Source of the DNA: Antedon mediterranea
Taxonomy: Eukaryota; Animalia; Echinodermata
Length of the DNA: 64,000 nucleotides
Reading direction: 5' to 3'
NCBI RefSeq assembly: GCF_964355755.1
Contig: NC_092674.1
Coordinates: forward strand, 3,844,001-3,908,000
Shown: positions 13,101 through 24,400 of the stretch, in pieces
How the letters are laid out: each line of letters begins with the position of its first letter
Numbering within the stretch: position 1 is the stretch's first letter
Position numbers and translations under genes: made by a program
The notes under the pieces: generated by a model
What the model saw: the letters and a program-made list of their open reading frames with translations, nothing else
What the model was told of the DNA's origin: nothing
Databases searched by the model: none

Positions 13101-16100
13101 CCCCCAACCTTTCACATTATCTTTTTTAGATCCCAGCAGGAAAGTGATAACTAGGCCTAGTTCATAATGATTTTTGCAAATCCTGTGAGATCTAAGTAGC
13201 ACCTACATCAACTACATTTTAAGGAACACATCTGAATCTTATTATGTTATGCATTATACTGTAAAGCTCTGTCTGCACTATCAAACTAGCTTGACAACAA
13301 AAGTGTGATGTGCTCATGGTAGTGATATGCCCAAATATGGTGATACAACATCATAACCATATATGGGTACATCACATTTTGTTGTCACATAAAGTTTTAT
13401 AGTGTAGACAAGGCTTTATATAATGTAATTTTGATATTTAATAATTTTTTCTAGGCAAACGGTGCTGTTTATGGTAGTTATGAGTTGGAGTACCTGCTAC
13501 TGGAAGGACATTGTTATGACCAGAATTCGGGTCAGCCCCCTAGGGGGTTACAGTTTACCCTTGGTACCAAAAACCAACCTGTGATTGTTGACACTATTGT
13601 AATGGCCAATCTGGTAAGTCTAAAATAATTTTTCTGATCTTTTAGAAGCTGTATCACCACACAAACTTTGTGACTAGAGGCTTAAACAGTTTACCATTTT
13701 CTAAACTTTTTGCTTTTATTTCCTAATTTTGGTTCGCACAGCACAGCACAGCATAATGCACAATATCATGTTTTTTATTATCATTATTTAGGGATATTTC
13801 CAATTAAAAGCCAACCCTGGAGCTTGGATATTAAGTCTGAGAGAAGGCAGGTCATCTGAAATATATGAAATCTCAAAGTAAGTATAAGGATATACTGTAT
13901 TACCATCTCGTGAGCAATTTTGTAACACTAATTGTGTTTTTTCAAAACTTTATGAATGCCACCAAAAGAGAGTTCTGACACGAAATGCTATGTTTTTCTT
14001 TTCAGTGTTCAAGGTGCTGAGTCAAATCAAGATGAAGCCATCGTAATCATGGATAGTTTTAAAAGTAAAATTCTTAAAATAAAGGTAAACATTTGTAAAT
14101 ATTTATATAGCACAAGTGGTAAAATAATATTTTAGCAAAAAAATGTAGTGATTGTGTTATGGTTTTGATTGACTTTGGTGTGTGCTTTAATTTAATGGTA
14201 GTTTGGTGATGGTAGTTTTTATGGTAGTTTTTGTCATTTTAACCTTTGTTTATATAACAATTAAATATTACTATGGTAACGAACGTCTTTTACAGGTTTC
14301 GAAGAAGCCTGATAAAATGAACGAGGATATATTAACTGAAGATAATGATGAGAATGAGGGCGGACTATGGAACTCGATTTCTAAGTAAGGAACTTTATTT
14401 TTTGACAAATTTAATTTAGTGCTTAAATCTGTTTTAAATTTTACAGCCCCTAATTTTTTTAAAGAGTTTTCTTAACTAATACTACTACTTTTCACCAGTA
14501 AACACTACTGAAGGCTTCTTAAATATGAGAACATTGTTCTGGTATTAGAACAAGTCATCTCAGATAAGGAGGGTAAAACATAGGCCTGGTGAATATTTAT
14601 AAATCCCTGCAGTAGCTACAGTGTGCACACAAGAGAGTCTAGAATTGACAGCAATGACATGACATGCCCCTTAGGGCAGAAAAATGTAGTTGAAAAGTGT
14701 AACATCTAAAGTCCAGTATAGCACTCTGGCAGTGGAGTCTTGTCCTTCAACGGAAGTTGGTCGTTGCATGGGTTGCGTACACTGCTGACAAAAAGCAGAA
14801 ACAAGCATGTCTTGAGGTTGCTATGGCTACAAGGCGCAAAAGGTTGTTGAGGAATGGGGCAGCACAATGGCTGAGTTTGGCGTCATAACTTGCTAGTGAT
14901 CGTTACAATATAAAAATTCAAAATACAATTAAAAAAATCAAATTTTCATCTCATACTAAAAGTTTGTTGAGGTGATGCGTTTTTGTAAGTTATGTTTCAC
15001 AACTTTTAAGTGTGTTTTCCAGTATGGCTGGGGGTAAGAAGGTGACGTCTACTGAAGAGAAAGACACAACTCTCAACATCTTTTCCCTGGCATCAGGACA
15101 TCTTTACGAACGCTTTCTAAGGTAGGTAAAAAAGTTTTTACAAACATACTATACTTTTATCAGACAAGTACTGTAATAAAGATAAATTTGAATTGAAACC
15201 AGTTACTTTTAATTTAAAGGATGTAGCCTATGTATTTATACTTTTTTATTTAGTAGCTAATCAAAATTTAATATGTTATGTGCTGTATTAACTAACCTTT
15301 TTTCAATCTTTTTTCCAGAATTATGATGTTAAGTGTTTTGAAAAACACTAAATCAAAAGTTAAATTCTGGTTTTTAAAAAATTATTTGTCACCTAAACAC
15401 AAGGTTAGAACTTTCATTCATTGTAATTGAAACACAAAAAAGGCAATTTCAGTACCATATTTAGTAGTTTTCTTTGTTTTCTATTTTTAGTCATTAGAAA
15501 TTCACAGTAAAAAAAACCAAAATTCAGTTTCGTAGTATTGTATTGTTTATCATTGAAAATTCTCTGTTTACTGGACTTTATCATTTTAGGAATTTTTACC
15601 GCATATGGCTGAGAAGTATGGTTTTGAATATGAATTGGTGCAGTACAAATGGCCTAGGTGGTTACACCAACAGACGGAGAAACAGAGGATGATTTGGGGG
15701 TAAGGAGTCTATTAAAATGATTTAAAGGATATGACTAGTGGGGCTATTGAAGAAGGTAGATATTGAAGAGGGTGGATGTTACAAAAGCCACAGAGAATAA
15801 CTTAAGATCTGTCTACACCATCAAATTAGTTTGACAAAAAAAGTGTGATGTGCCCAAATGTGGTAGTGATATGCTTAAAGATGACAGTGATATGACATCA
15901 TTATGTCAATTTATGGGCACATCACATTTTTTGTCACATAAAGTTTGATAGTGTAGACAGCTTTTATACTATGTTTTTTTTTTTATTTAAGGTATAAAAT
16001 ACTTTTCCTTGATGTTCTTTTTCCACTTCATGTTAAGAAGATTATATTTGTGGACGCAGATCAGGTGATAATTTAGTTTTTAACAAATTATATTTTTATC

Positions 16101-18086
16101 GAAATAATTGAATAATGGCAGATACCTATCTTGTAAATTGAATAGATTATGTAGTACTTCACTCTATTCATACTAGTCTACAACCTTTAACCTCTGACCT
16201 CATTCAAGCATTTTTGCATTGCAGATTGTAAGAGCTGACCTCCAAGACTTAGCTGATCTGGATCTGAAAGGTGCTCCTTATGGTTACACACCCTTCTGTG
16301 ACAGTCGAGTAGAAATGGATGGATTCAGATTTTGGAAGTCGGGCTACTGGGCTAGTCATCTGGCTGGCCGCAAGTATCACATTAGGTAAAGTCAGTTATT
16401 AGATATTTTCCTGTATCTCTCTGTATGAAAAACCTCACTCACATAAGCATAGTGTCGCAATAGAAAATACCCATTACTGAATATTTACTCTAGAATTTTT
16501 TATTTTTTCTGGTTTTTTGAGTATTTTCAAGAAATTATCACTCATGTAGCATCTGGTCACAATACAGTGAACATTTTTTAAGTGATTGCTCTAGAGTTTT
16601 GGTTTTGGTTTGTCCTCACCAGTTTTTTTGATATTTTCGTGCATCTTTATGTAAAGACAACACTTGCCCTTAAGCTCTGTCTACACTAGTAAACTAGTTT
16701 GAACAAAAAAATGTGATGTGACCAAATATGGTAGTGATATGCCCAAGTGATATGCCAAAAGGTAGTGGTATGACATCATCATGTCCATATATGGGCACAT
16801 CACATTTTTTTGTCGTATAAAGTTTGATAGTGTAGACAGAGCTTTATTGTATCTTGTAAAAAATGATTTAATTTAAGTCACTGCTAGAGTTTCTTTTTGT
16901 TCTTCCTCACCAGTGCTTTGTATGTGGTTGATCTGGTAAAGTTCCGTAAGATTGCTGCTGGTGATAGATTAAGAGGTCAATATCAAGGTCTTAGCCAAGA
17001 CCCAAATAGTTTATCAAATCTTGATCAGGTGTGTGTACACAATTTGTTTATAAGTTTGTATTTTTTTATTTATATATATATATATATATTTTTAAAATTA
17101 ATTTTCTTTAGTTCTTTACATATACAGTAATCATCTGTTTTATTTCATTCATTTTTATTCTTTCTAATGTTTTTTTAATGTATATTGTTATTCTAATGTT
17201 TTATAATACAGTTATTGATTTTAATATTCATTCATTTGTTGATGTTATTGAAGTATGTTTATATATAACAATTGTAATTAAATGACATGACGGATTTTTT
17301 TAGGATCTTCCAAACAACATGATACATCAAGTTGCTATATTCTCATTGCCGCAAGAATGGATGTGGTGTGAAACTTGGTGTAGTGATCGAGAAAAAACAA
17401 AAGCAAAAACAATAGATTTGGTAAGTTGCAATAAGTTATAGTTTCAAAATGTGACACTAAATAAAACAGTTGAGTTTCTTGGCACATCATCTAGCAGAAA
17501 AATCAAATTTTCTGCGTAGTTATTCTGAGCTCATCAGCCATTAAATCAGTGGCGTGATGCAGAGGCCTGTTCAGGGGCCCCCTTAAGCTCCGAGGCCCCT
17601 GGATTTAGCCAGTGAGCGGTCGGTCATAGCCGTTATGCCACTGAATTTAATTTTTGCTTTGCTTTGTAAGTAAATTGGTAATTAATAATTATTTATAACC
17701 CAATTATGACATCATACCCCTGGTCTTTTTTTTTTCAGTGCAATAATCCTCTGACAAAAGAACCTAAATTAGTTAGCGCCAAAAGAATAGTGGCCGAGTG
17801 GCCGGATTATGATAATGAAATAAAAGCACTACAACAAGTGTTGTATGCTGGTGATCAAAGTCAGGCGGATCCTGTTAAACATCAAGAAACACAAAATAAA
17901 CATGGTAAGTAAACTTAAGTTGTTACGATTATAGGAAAAACTAAATTTCAGTAATAGTAAAAAAAATTACCATTCCATCTGAAGGATGAGCCAATGAGAA
18001 TATACATAAATACCGTTTAACTGTCTCACTCATGCATGTGTATTAATCTTGTCTCATTTTTTTTTTCAGATCCTGGTGAACTTTGA
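187..18086 (+). CDS. UGGT: UDP-glucose:glycoprotein glucosyltransferase (37 coding exons, ~1523 aa)
   Basis: Exons with GT-AG boundaries read from the sequence: 187-403, 670-803, 1463-1575, 2104-2290, 2737-2909, 3303-3403, 4971-5131, 5388-5479, 5952-6015, 6377-6463, 7439-7558, 7794-8012, 8604-8732, 9123-9206, 9570-9650, 9770-9893, 9998-10090, 10516-10610, 10769-10975, 11236-11367, 11543-11644, 11747-11871, 12184-12369, 12659-12848, 13455-13613, 13792-13877, 14006-14084, 14296-14384, 15023-15121, 15319-15403, 15590-15699, 15992-16064, 16225-16385, 16914-17028, 17304-17420, 17739-17904, 18070-18086. These sum to 4572 nt in frame. Signal peptide [24 protein letters not shown] motifs include [57 protein letters not shown], and the GT24 domain [65 protein letters not shown] splice acceptor at 171-173 implies a 5' UTR exon upstream of the window. 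Confidence 0.97.
1004..1320 (+). mobile_element. tRNA-derived SINE with Deu/Nin-like central domain
   Basis: A-box-like gacgagcggttaag and B-box ggttcgagcc, then core gtcttctcggataaggactttaaaccgtaggtcc...ttaaagaacctag...aagagtaggttgttaccccggtgt resembling the DeuSINE/AmnSINE core from memory. It ends in an A-rich (taaa/aaca) tail. Confidence 0.7.
1840..2073. mobile_element. PIF/Harbinger-type MITE (family copy 1) with internal 21-bp tandem repeat
   Basis: TIR agctctgtctacactatcaaact / agtttgatagtgtagacagagct (left copy degenerate), with several internal atatggtagtgatrtgccmaa units. Confidence 0.75.
2410..2685 (+). mobile_element. Second copy of the Deu/Nin-like SINE
   Basis: Aligns by eye with 1004-1320 (atggttctggcggtagaacaagtcttctcgg...ctgggagaccagt..ttgactgaagaggt). 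A third fragment lies at ~14535-14590. Confidence 0.7.
3108..3250. mobile_element. Same MITE family, right end degenerate
   Basis: taa|agctctgtctacactatcaaactagtttgacaaaaaaaatgtgatgtgcc... Confidence 0.7.
3453..4826. repeat. Intronic minisatellite, ~67-68-bp unit, ~20 copies
   Basis: Unit aatgctgtgrgtatcagtggctggatctcaatggaggtataaaataaaataagcactgaaaaaatgac, in UGGT intron 6. Confidence 0.95.
5185..5323. mobile_element. Same MITE family, partial
   Basis: acactatcaaac...tgtgatgtgcccatatatgg...gtgtagacagagct. Confidence 0.65.
6517..7310. repeat. Intronic minisatellite, 21-bp unit, ~37 copies
   Basis: Unit tagcctggatgttatcacacr, in UGGT intron 10. It generates the spurious heptad-repeat ORFs seen in all frames. 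Confidence 0.95.
8042..8278. mobile_element. Tc1/mariner-pogo-type MITE with internal 17-bp tandem repeat
   Basis: ta|cagtagaac ... gttctactg|ta (TIRs with TA TSD); internal ggagacacccctattca repeated ~6 times. Confidence 0.7.
9222..9494. mobile_element. Same Harbinger-type MITE family with expanded 21-bp array (~10 units)
   Basis: (catatttgggcagatcactac)n followed by cacatcacac..gtgtagacagagct. Confidence 0.75.
11400..11489. mobile_element. Same MITE family, right half
   Basis: atatggtagtgatatgacatcatcatg...aaagtttgatagtgtaaacagagct. Confidence 0.65.
12411..12567. mobile_element. Same MITE family, TAA TSD
   Basis: taa|agctctgtctacattatcaaact ... atagtgtagacagagcg|taa. Confidence 0.75.
13265..13415. 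mobile_element. Same MITE family
   Basis: taa|agctctgtctgcactatcaaact ... atagtgtagacaaggct|tta. Confidence 0.75.
15805..15962. mobile_element. Same MITE family
   Basis: agatctgtctacaccatcaaattagtttgac ... agtttgatagtgtagacagct. Confidence 0.7.
16673..16843. mobile_element. Same MITE family, clean TTA TSD
   Basis: tta|agctctgtctacact ... agtgtagacagagct|tta. A 3-bp TWA TSD is typical of PIF/Harbinger. Confidence 0.8.
17547..17643. mobile_element. Short hAT-like MITE
   Basis: TIR cagtggcgt / atgccactg with a GC-rich interior (ggggccccct); the 8-bp flanks match only partly. Confidence 0.5.
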
Positions 18087-18180
18087 CCTCTGTCTTTTTT
18101 TAACTCAATTACTAATGTAACTTGCTGATAAAAGTACAGGAACTTATTTCACGTTTTGAATGAATTGGAACATGGGACCA

Positions 18181-18215
18181 AATAAAGTGACAGTGTACGA
18201 AGAAATATGAATAAA
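18181..18215 (+). terminator. Candidate UGGT polyadenylation signals
   Basis: AATAAA at 18181 and 18210, 95-125 nt after the stop codon. Confidence 0.35.
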
Positions 18216-18413
18216 AATTCCGTTTAATACAGTTTTTAAAAACAATCATGTAATTTTCAAAACTTTTCTAGCTTGTATATTTCTCAATATATTTGATTTT
18301 ATGGAAAGAACTGGTGTATCCCTTTACTGATTTCTGTTCTGTATTTAAATATCTTGACTTATTTAGTAAATACTCAGTACTTAAATAGTGGTCACTCATT
18401 GAGAGTGCTCTAA

Positions 18414-18556
18414 AGCTCTAAAGAACTATCAAACTAGTTTGAAAAAAAAGTGAGATTTACCCAAATATGGTAGTAATATGCTTAAACACGTTAGTGATAT
18501 GACATCATCACATCCATATATGGGCACACATAAAGTTTGATAGTGTAGATAGAGCT
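18414..18556. mobile_element. Same MITE family, TAA TSD, downstream of UGGT
   Basis: taa|agctcta..actatcaaactagtttga ... agtttgatagtgtagatagagct|taa. Confidence 0.7.
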
Positions 18557-18627
18557 TAAAAAATGAATTAACATTCATTTATTATTTGCTTATTATTATA
18601 TTATATATTGAGCGAGACAAAGCTTTC

Positions 18628-18862
18628 ATTGAGTAGTACTACCACTCAATATTGAGTAGTACTACCACTCAATATTGAGCAGTACTACTCAATATTGAGT
18701 AGTAATACCACTCAATATTGAGTAGTACTACCACTCAATATTGAGCAGTACTACCACTCAATATTGAGCAGTACTACCACTCAATATTGAGCAGTACTAC
18801 CACTCAATATTGAGCAGTACTACCACTCAATATTGAGTAGTACTACCACTCAATATTGAGCA
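18628..18862. repeat. Tandem array of a near-palindromic 23-bp unit (~10 copies)
   Basis: Unit attgagyagtactaccactcaat, head-to-tail with no spacers. Confidence 0.9.
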
Positions 18863-20077
18863 CTCTGTGAATGCAATGTTGCACTTATACTCAGGAAAAA
18901 ATGGAGTTGAAGGTATATTACTGATAATTAAGGCAGTTGGCATAGTTTTTCACTGTAATTCAGATAGTACCACAACACTCTATTTTTCTCATTATTTAAA
19001 TTTTGACAGGCATATACACTGCCATCATAATTTTGAAATATAAGAACAGATTCTTATGCCCACTTTATAATTTATCTGATCACACAAACTTCATTTGTGT
19101 AGCTTCACACACTCAGAAAAGTAGTAAAGAACTGCTCTACTTTTCAGACAGGCTGATTCGTTGAATTTCTGAACATTCAACCAATCAGAACACCTTTGTC
19201 AAAAGTTGCAGCAGACAATCAAAAGTACAGAATTGGATGCGAGGGATAAGTGCACTCTGACACACTCTAGGCATAACAGTTAATTATTTGAAGAAAATCA
19301 TTGTTAATGGAATTTAAAGTGACCACAATACAAAAAGAAAAGTCTGAGGCTACTACCAGGTTGTCAGTTGCCTTCAAACTGAGAGAAAGGTGTATGTTTA
19401 TAAAGCTAGGCCTATAACGAAATGATAGGCATTGGGGGCCTAGCTCGATCAATATAGTAAATGAGAGACTCGACCATCATATTTTATATTTGGCTCAGTA
19501 TGTTAAAATTTAAAAATATCAAACTCAATATTTTTAAACTTCCGCAATTACGACTTTCATTTCTTTTTGCAAAATAAAATATTTACTATCAAATGCATTT
19601 GTATTTTTGAATGATTTTGTTTAAATAGTATTTTGAGTTTGGTGTTCCTTTGGTCAAATGCATGACTGTATTACGCGTGCGGTCAAAATACACGATCAAA
19701 TAACGATCAGAGACGAAGCTGCTTAACGAAACTCCTCGCCAAAAAAAATCTAAAAAGAAGAATAGGGGCCTATAATGATGAGATAAATAATAAAACTGAT
19801 CGAAGGTCTCCGAGTAGCATCTACCTGAACACCTGAAACTACAAAACTGTTATTTTATCACGAAAATTGTTGTATTTTTTGTCAACACCACCTGTAACTA
19901 AAACAGCAGCTAGGCTGATCACGTGATGTCTACTAAAAAAAGGACATTCCAGTCAACGAATTGGGCTCAGCCGGTAACACTAGGCATTCAAAGCAGGTAC
20001 GTGCGACGCTAACAGACGTACCACACAGGGGTGTCACGAAAGCTCAGACCACGAAAGCTCAGACCCTCTAAGACCTA

Positions 20078-21180
20078 AGGCCCTGTTCAGACCCATGGCG
20101 TTAGACCGTTTTAGCGTACGACGCTAAAAGAATGTGTGTCTGAACAGTTGGGGATTAGCGTACAACGGTTGTAGCGTTGTAGTGGAAAACGGTTGATAGT
20201 ACCGTTTTAGCGTACGACGCTACTGTAAGTCAACGTTGTATCCAATCAGAACGTTTCCTGTTATGACGCGAAACAAGGTTTGACCTAGGCTGACATCTTG
20301 TATCGTCAATGTGTGAGATGGATTTCAATAACAAAAAGGCCAGAATAAATAAGGCCTAACTACACTACAAATAACTACAATAACTACAATAACTACAATA
20401 ACTACAATAACTACATTACAAAGGCTACAGACTACTATCAACTGATTACCATTATATTTTCTAACAAATGACATAAATACATGCACCTTGTATTTAAACA
20501 TAGGGACTACGATCCCATCCGCTTTTAGGCCTAGCTAGGCCTAGAGCCATTCACGCATTTCATTCAAGCTAAAAACAGCGTGGGACATCAAGTCACTCAT
20601 TCATACAAGGCAGACTAGACTGGACAAGTTTAATGCTGAAAACCCCCTAACTCCTAAAAAAAATCAGTAAACAAACAAGGGGAGCTGTGTCCCTTTTATT
20701 AGCAAGTTAAGGGTTATTTTCAACCGACTGGACCAAAGAATATATATCTTTGACTGGACTGGATAGACTAATCACAATCATTTTTTTCTTCATCATTACG
20801 AGGCCTGCTTTATTTTCGTAACACAAGAAGAGCCTGGGGAAAATGTTTTTTACTACAAACAAAATAAAAACAATAGAAACAGAAATTTGGCTTTACTATA
20901 TTTTTCTTAAATAAATGCTGAGGTATGTTTTTTATTAATTTTGTCATAATTGTAGGGCTGAGATCTAGGCCTATATACAGTGGAAATAATGATGAAAACA
21001 CGTGGGTAAGAGCACATGAATATGCAACTAGAAACAACCTGGATGACGTACTTCCGTTGTAATGATAATCGTACGCTATGGGTCTGAACACCTCGTTTTT
21101 TTCTCTGCGGTTTGTAACGTGACCTTGATAGTAACGTTGTACGCTAAAACGGTCTAACGCCATGGGTCTGAACAGGGCCT
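20078..21180. mobile_element. Non-autonomous TIR DNA transposon inserted in the left MULE TIR
   Basis: Perfect ~40-bp TIR aggccctgttcagacccatggcgttagaccgttttagcgtac. The uninterrupted target (agacc-ta-gatcacg) is preserved in the opposite MULE TIR, implying a TA duplication. Contains (aataactac)n at ~20365-20415. Confidence 0.8.
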
Positions 21181-21656
21181 TAGATCACGAAAGCTAAGAC
21201 CCAACACCTAACTAAGATTACAAATATTTATCTTTCGCACCTGCCTTGTATTTTAACTCCTAACATTTATTCTGAATATCACACCTTAGAATTGGCACTT
21301 TCATGAAAAAGAATCACATAAAAAGTAACAAATACATTTTTAAATTGATGATTTTACAGACGTTTTTCTCGCACACAAAATGACTAGCCTACAGTACAGT
21401 AGGCCTACCCCATGGGCCATGTTCAATGTTTTTGTTTCTATGGAACGTCAAAAGAGCAAAAATTATATAGAGGGCTGAAAACTCTGTGGAGTCCATCTAC
21501 AGTGTGGATGGAACAATGTAAAATTAAAATTGTAATGATAATAGTATAATCATGCAAGTACGAAGAAATAAATACTGGCAAATAAATTTTCATTTAAAAA
21601 TCATGATAAGTTTTTTTGTTTCGTTTTCTTTCTGTTTTTATACTTGTACTATTATT

Positions 21657-22966
21657 CAGGGGCGCAGCCAGTGGGGGGGTCACGGGGGTCCTGACCCCCC
21701 CCCCTTTTTTTTAGAAAAAATAAATAAAAACATGAGACAACAATACAGATCAAATCATCCTGGAGATACTGTGGAAGATTACTACCGAGCAGTATTACCA
21801 AATCAACTTCTTGATCATTTACAAACCGAGTTAAAAACCCGTTTTTCTGCCGATAACAGGCCATGCTTTAAAATATTTGGCGTAGCACCCGAGTCTATCG
21901 TGAAGTGTAATGTTGAAGAAGTCTTCAAGGAACTTGAATTTGGTACGGTGATCTGCCAAGACACGAACATCTTCATTCCGAGCTTCAGTGATGGAAGCGA
22001 CTGTGTAAAATTAGCGGATCCAGATGTGTTCCCGAATGTGCGTGCAAGTCTTCTAATCGTGTAGGCCTATGCCCGTAACGTCTGCTGAAGCTGAACGGAG
22101 TTTTTCGACTTTGTGGAGAACGAAAACCTGTTTGCGAAATCACATGTCTTATGAGCAGCTTTCGGGATTGTGCCTCATGAACATACACTTTAACATGAAC
22201 ATTAATACAGAGAATGTCATTCGCGAATTCTGTCTCCAAGCCAAGAAGAATGTTCCAAACTAATGTTTAAAGATGCATCACGCGATGTCTAGAGCGCCGT
22301 TATAGTAAAATGTATGATAATAATTTAGAAGTTAGTTATTACAATTATGTACAGTATAAGATATCACCTATACTATACATTCGAACAAAATAGGTATATT
22401 TTTAAACAAAATATTGTATGTACTGGGTATGATAAGCGTCTCACATACACACGGAGCCAAGATAGCTTCTTGGACTTGCACAGTGTATGAACTCTAAACT
22501 TACGGTTCTCATTTAATTATATCACTCCATGCTATCATTCTAATTTCTTTTTTCAAACTTTTGCAACTCTACGTTCATTTCATGCAACTTTTGTATTGGT
22601 GAAAAGGGAGGAATTCAAATAATTCTTCCTCTGAGTTTACAGCCTCTCTACACAAATCAACAAACAAGCAAGAAAAAAAGTGTTTGTCTGTGGCAGCCTG
22701 GAATATAAAAATGTTATGTAATGAAAATGAGAGTTGTTTTTTGTTTTCTTTGTTTCAGTTTATTAGTGTTAACATTGTCATATTTGTGTGTGTGTAAACC
22801 GATTCAAATGATCTAGATGGTGCTAGACCGCCAAAGCTTCCAGGGGGCGCCGACCGGGGGCCCTTGGCGGCCCCCTGGCCCCCAGCCCATGGTTGCTCGC
22901 TTCGCTCGCAAAATACTCACATATTTGGTTGACCCCCCCTTTAATTCTTTGTTGGCTGCGCCCCTG
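21657..22966 (+). mobile_element. Internally deleted hAT transposon with transposase C-terminal relic
   Basis: TIR caggggcgcagcca / tggctgcgcccctg with a degenerate 8-bp TSD (ctattatt/ttattgtt). Broken ORFs read RQQYRSNHPGDTVEDYYR...LDHLQTELKTRFS and PVTSAEAERSFSTL.RTKT.LRNHMS.EQLSGL.LMNIH (hAT dimerisation domain). Confidence 0.85.
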
Positions 22967-23540
22967 TTATTGTTGCTCTTTTGGCGCTCCATAAAAACAA
23001 AAACATTGAGCATGGGGAGCTCGAGGAGTTACATTACAGTATACAAAGAAACACATCTGTAAAATCATCAATTTAAAGGATTTATTTATTTGTTATTATG
23101 TGTTTCTCCTTCTGAAAGTACTTATAAGTCCTAATTTTAATGTGTGGTGTTCAGGATAAAGTTAGTCAACAAATTTGGAGTCAAAATACAAGAAAAGCAG
23201 GTGCGTAAGAAAAACATCCTCTGAACCAACACAATGGAGTAAATATATACCAACAAACAACCCGTCAAGTTTGTTTGTTGTAAAGAAAAAATATACATTT
23301 ACTCAACGGGCGAAAATAATGTGAGTTTATCTATGTTTTGCGGTAGTATTAAATTATATTTATGGTAATAAATGAAACCTACTGTGTTTAAAATTATGTA
23401 TGGATAAACAAGTATTGTTTTTAAGCTGTAGTATATCTTAGTATTTGTAATCTTAGGTGTTGGGTCTTAGATTTCGTGATCTAGGTCTTAGGGGGTCTTA
23501 GCTTTCGTGGTCTGAGCTTTCGTGACACCCTACTACACAG

Positions 23541-24270
23541 CCCAGATCTAGTAAAACTATTTGGTGATAGCATTAAGTAAGGCCTTTACATGCCCATTGA
23601 TGGCTGATATAATTAGATCATCTATAACGTCAGCATTCGAAACCAAGATTTTCATGGATGAAAATGTGAACAAAGCTGTAGAAAAAATAGAAACCAGGTT
23701 TGATTATTTGGAAATTGTTTGATATTGAAAGCAAACAAGATGAAATTGCAACCAATACTGCTTCGGAAACCTCGTACATTGATGAATTACATCACAAAAT
23801 ACAAAAACCGGCCGTACAACTGGACGATCTTGAACAATATTCTCGTAGGAACTGTCTACGCTTATTCGGAATCCCGGAGACAAGTAAAGACAATACTGAT
23901 GAAATTGTGGTAAACCTAGCAAATAGTAAACTTGGAATTGACATTAATCCGCACGATATTGATAGGTCTCATCGGACAGGAGCAAGAAATGGCAAATCGA
24001 ATCGTCCACGACCAATCATCGTGAAATTTACTTCTTATCGGAACAGAAAAAGAATCATCACAGCGTAGAAATCTGAAAGGAAGTGGCATTTCAATCCAAG
24101 ATGATCTGACATGGAAGTTGGAACAGAAGGAATCTACTTGCTGAAGCCAAGAAGCACCCAAGCACAAAGAGCGTATGGTCAATCGATCGAAAGGTGATGG
24201 CGACAGTAGTCAGAAATGACAGGGAAGTAAAATTAACAAAATGTTATGGGACATCGTCTGTCAGCTGACT
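23541..24270 (+). pseudogene. Degenerate LINE ORF1-like (L1-type RRM) coding relic
   Basis: LDDLEQYSRRNCLRLFGIPE...IDRSHRTG...RPRPIIVKF, with stops and frameshifts. Same motif family as the ORF1 at 57565. Its N-terminal part probably lies left of the MULE (~19926-20028). No ORF2 follows. Confidence 0.75.
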
Positions 24271-24400
24271 AGAGAATACAGTATAATTATGACTAAAATA
24301 ATGATATAGAATTTGCTAATTTTCAAATTTTATTTTCAAACGAAATCGGTGGCGCCCTCTGACCGTATAAATATCGAGTAGGCTACGCGTAATTACGGCG

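Larger units (their letters stand above)
20029..23530. mobile_element. Non-autonomous Mutator-like (MULE) element with long TIRs and nested insertions
   Basis: TIR gggtgtcacgaaagctcagaccacgaaagct..., inverted at 23440-23530. Flanks taccacacag / tactacacag give a 10-bp TSD with 1 mismatch. Further inverted arms at 21230-21470 vs 22970-23210. Confidence 0.75.

Noticed and set aside
14660-14680. ttaggg in the GC-richer intronic island as a telomerase-RNA template hint
   Set aside because: It is a single hexamer without a 1.5-repeat template, so it is expected by chance.
18628-18862. CRISPR-like palindromic repeats
   Set aside because: There are no unique spacers and no cas genes, and the context is eukaryotic.
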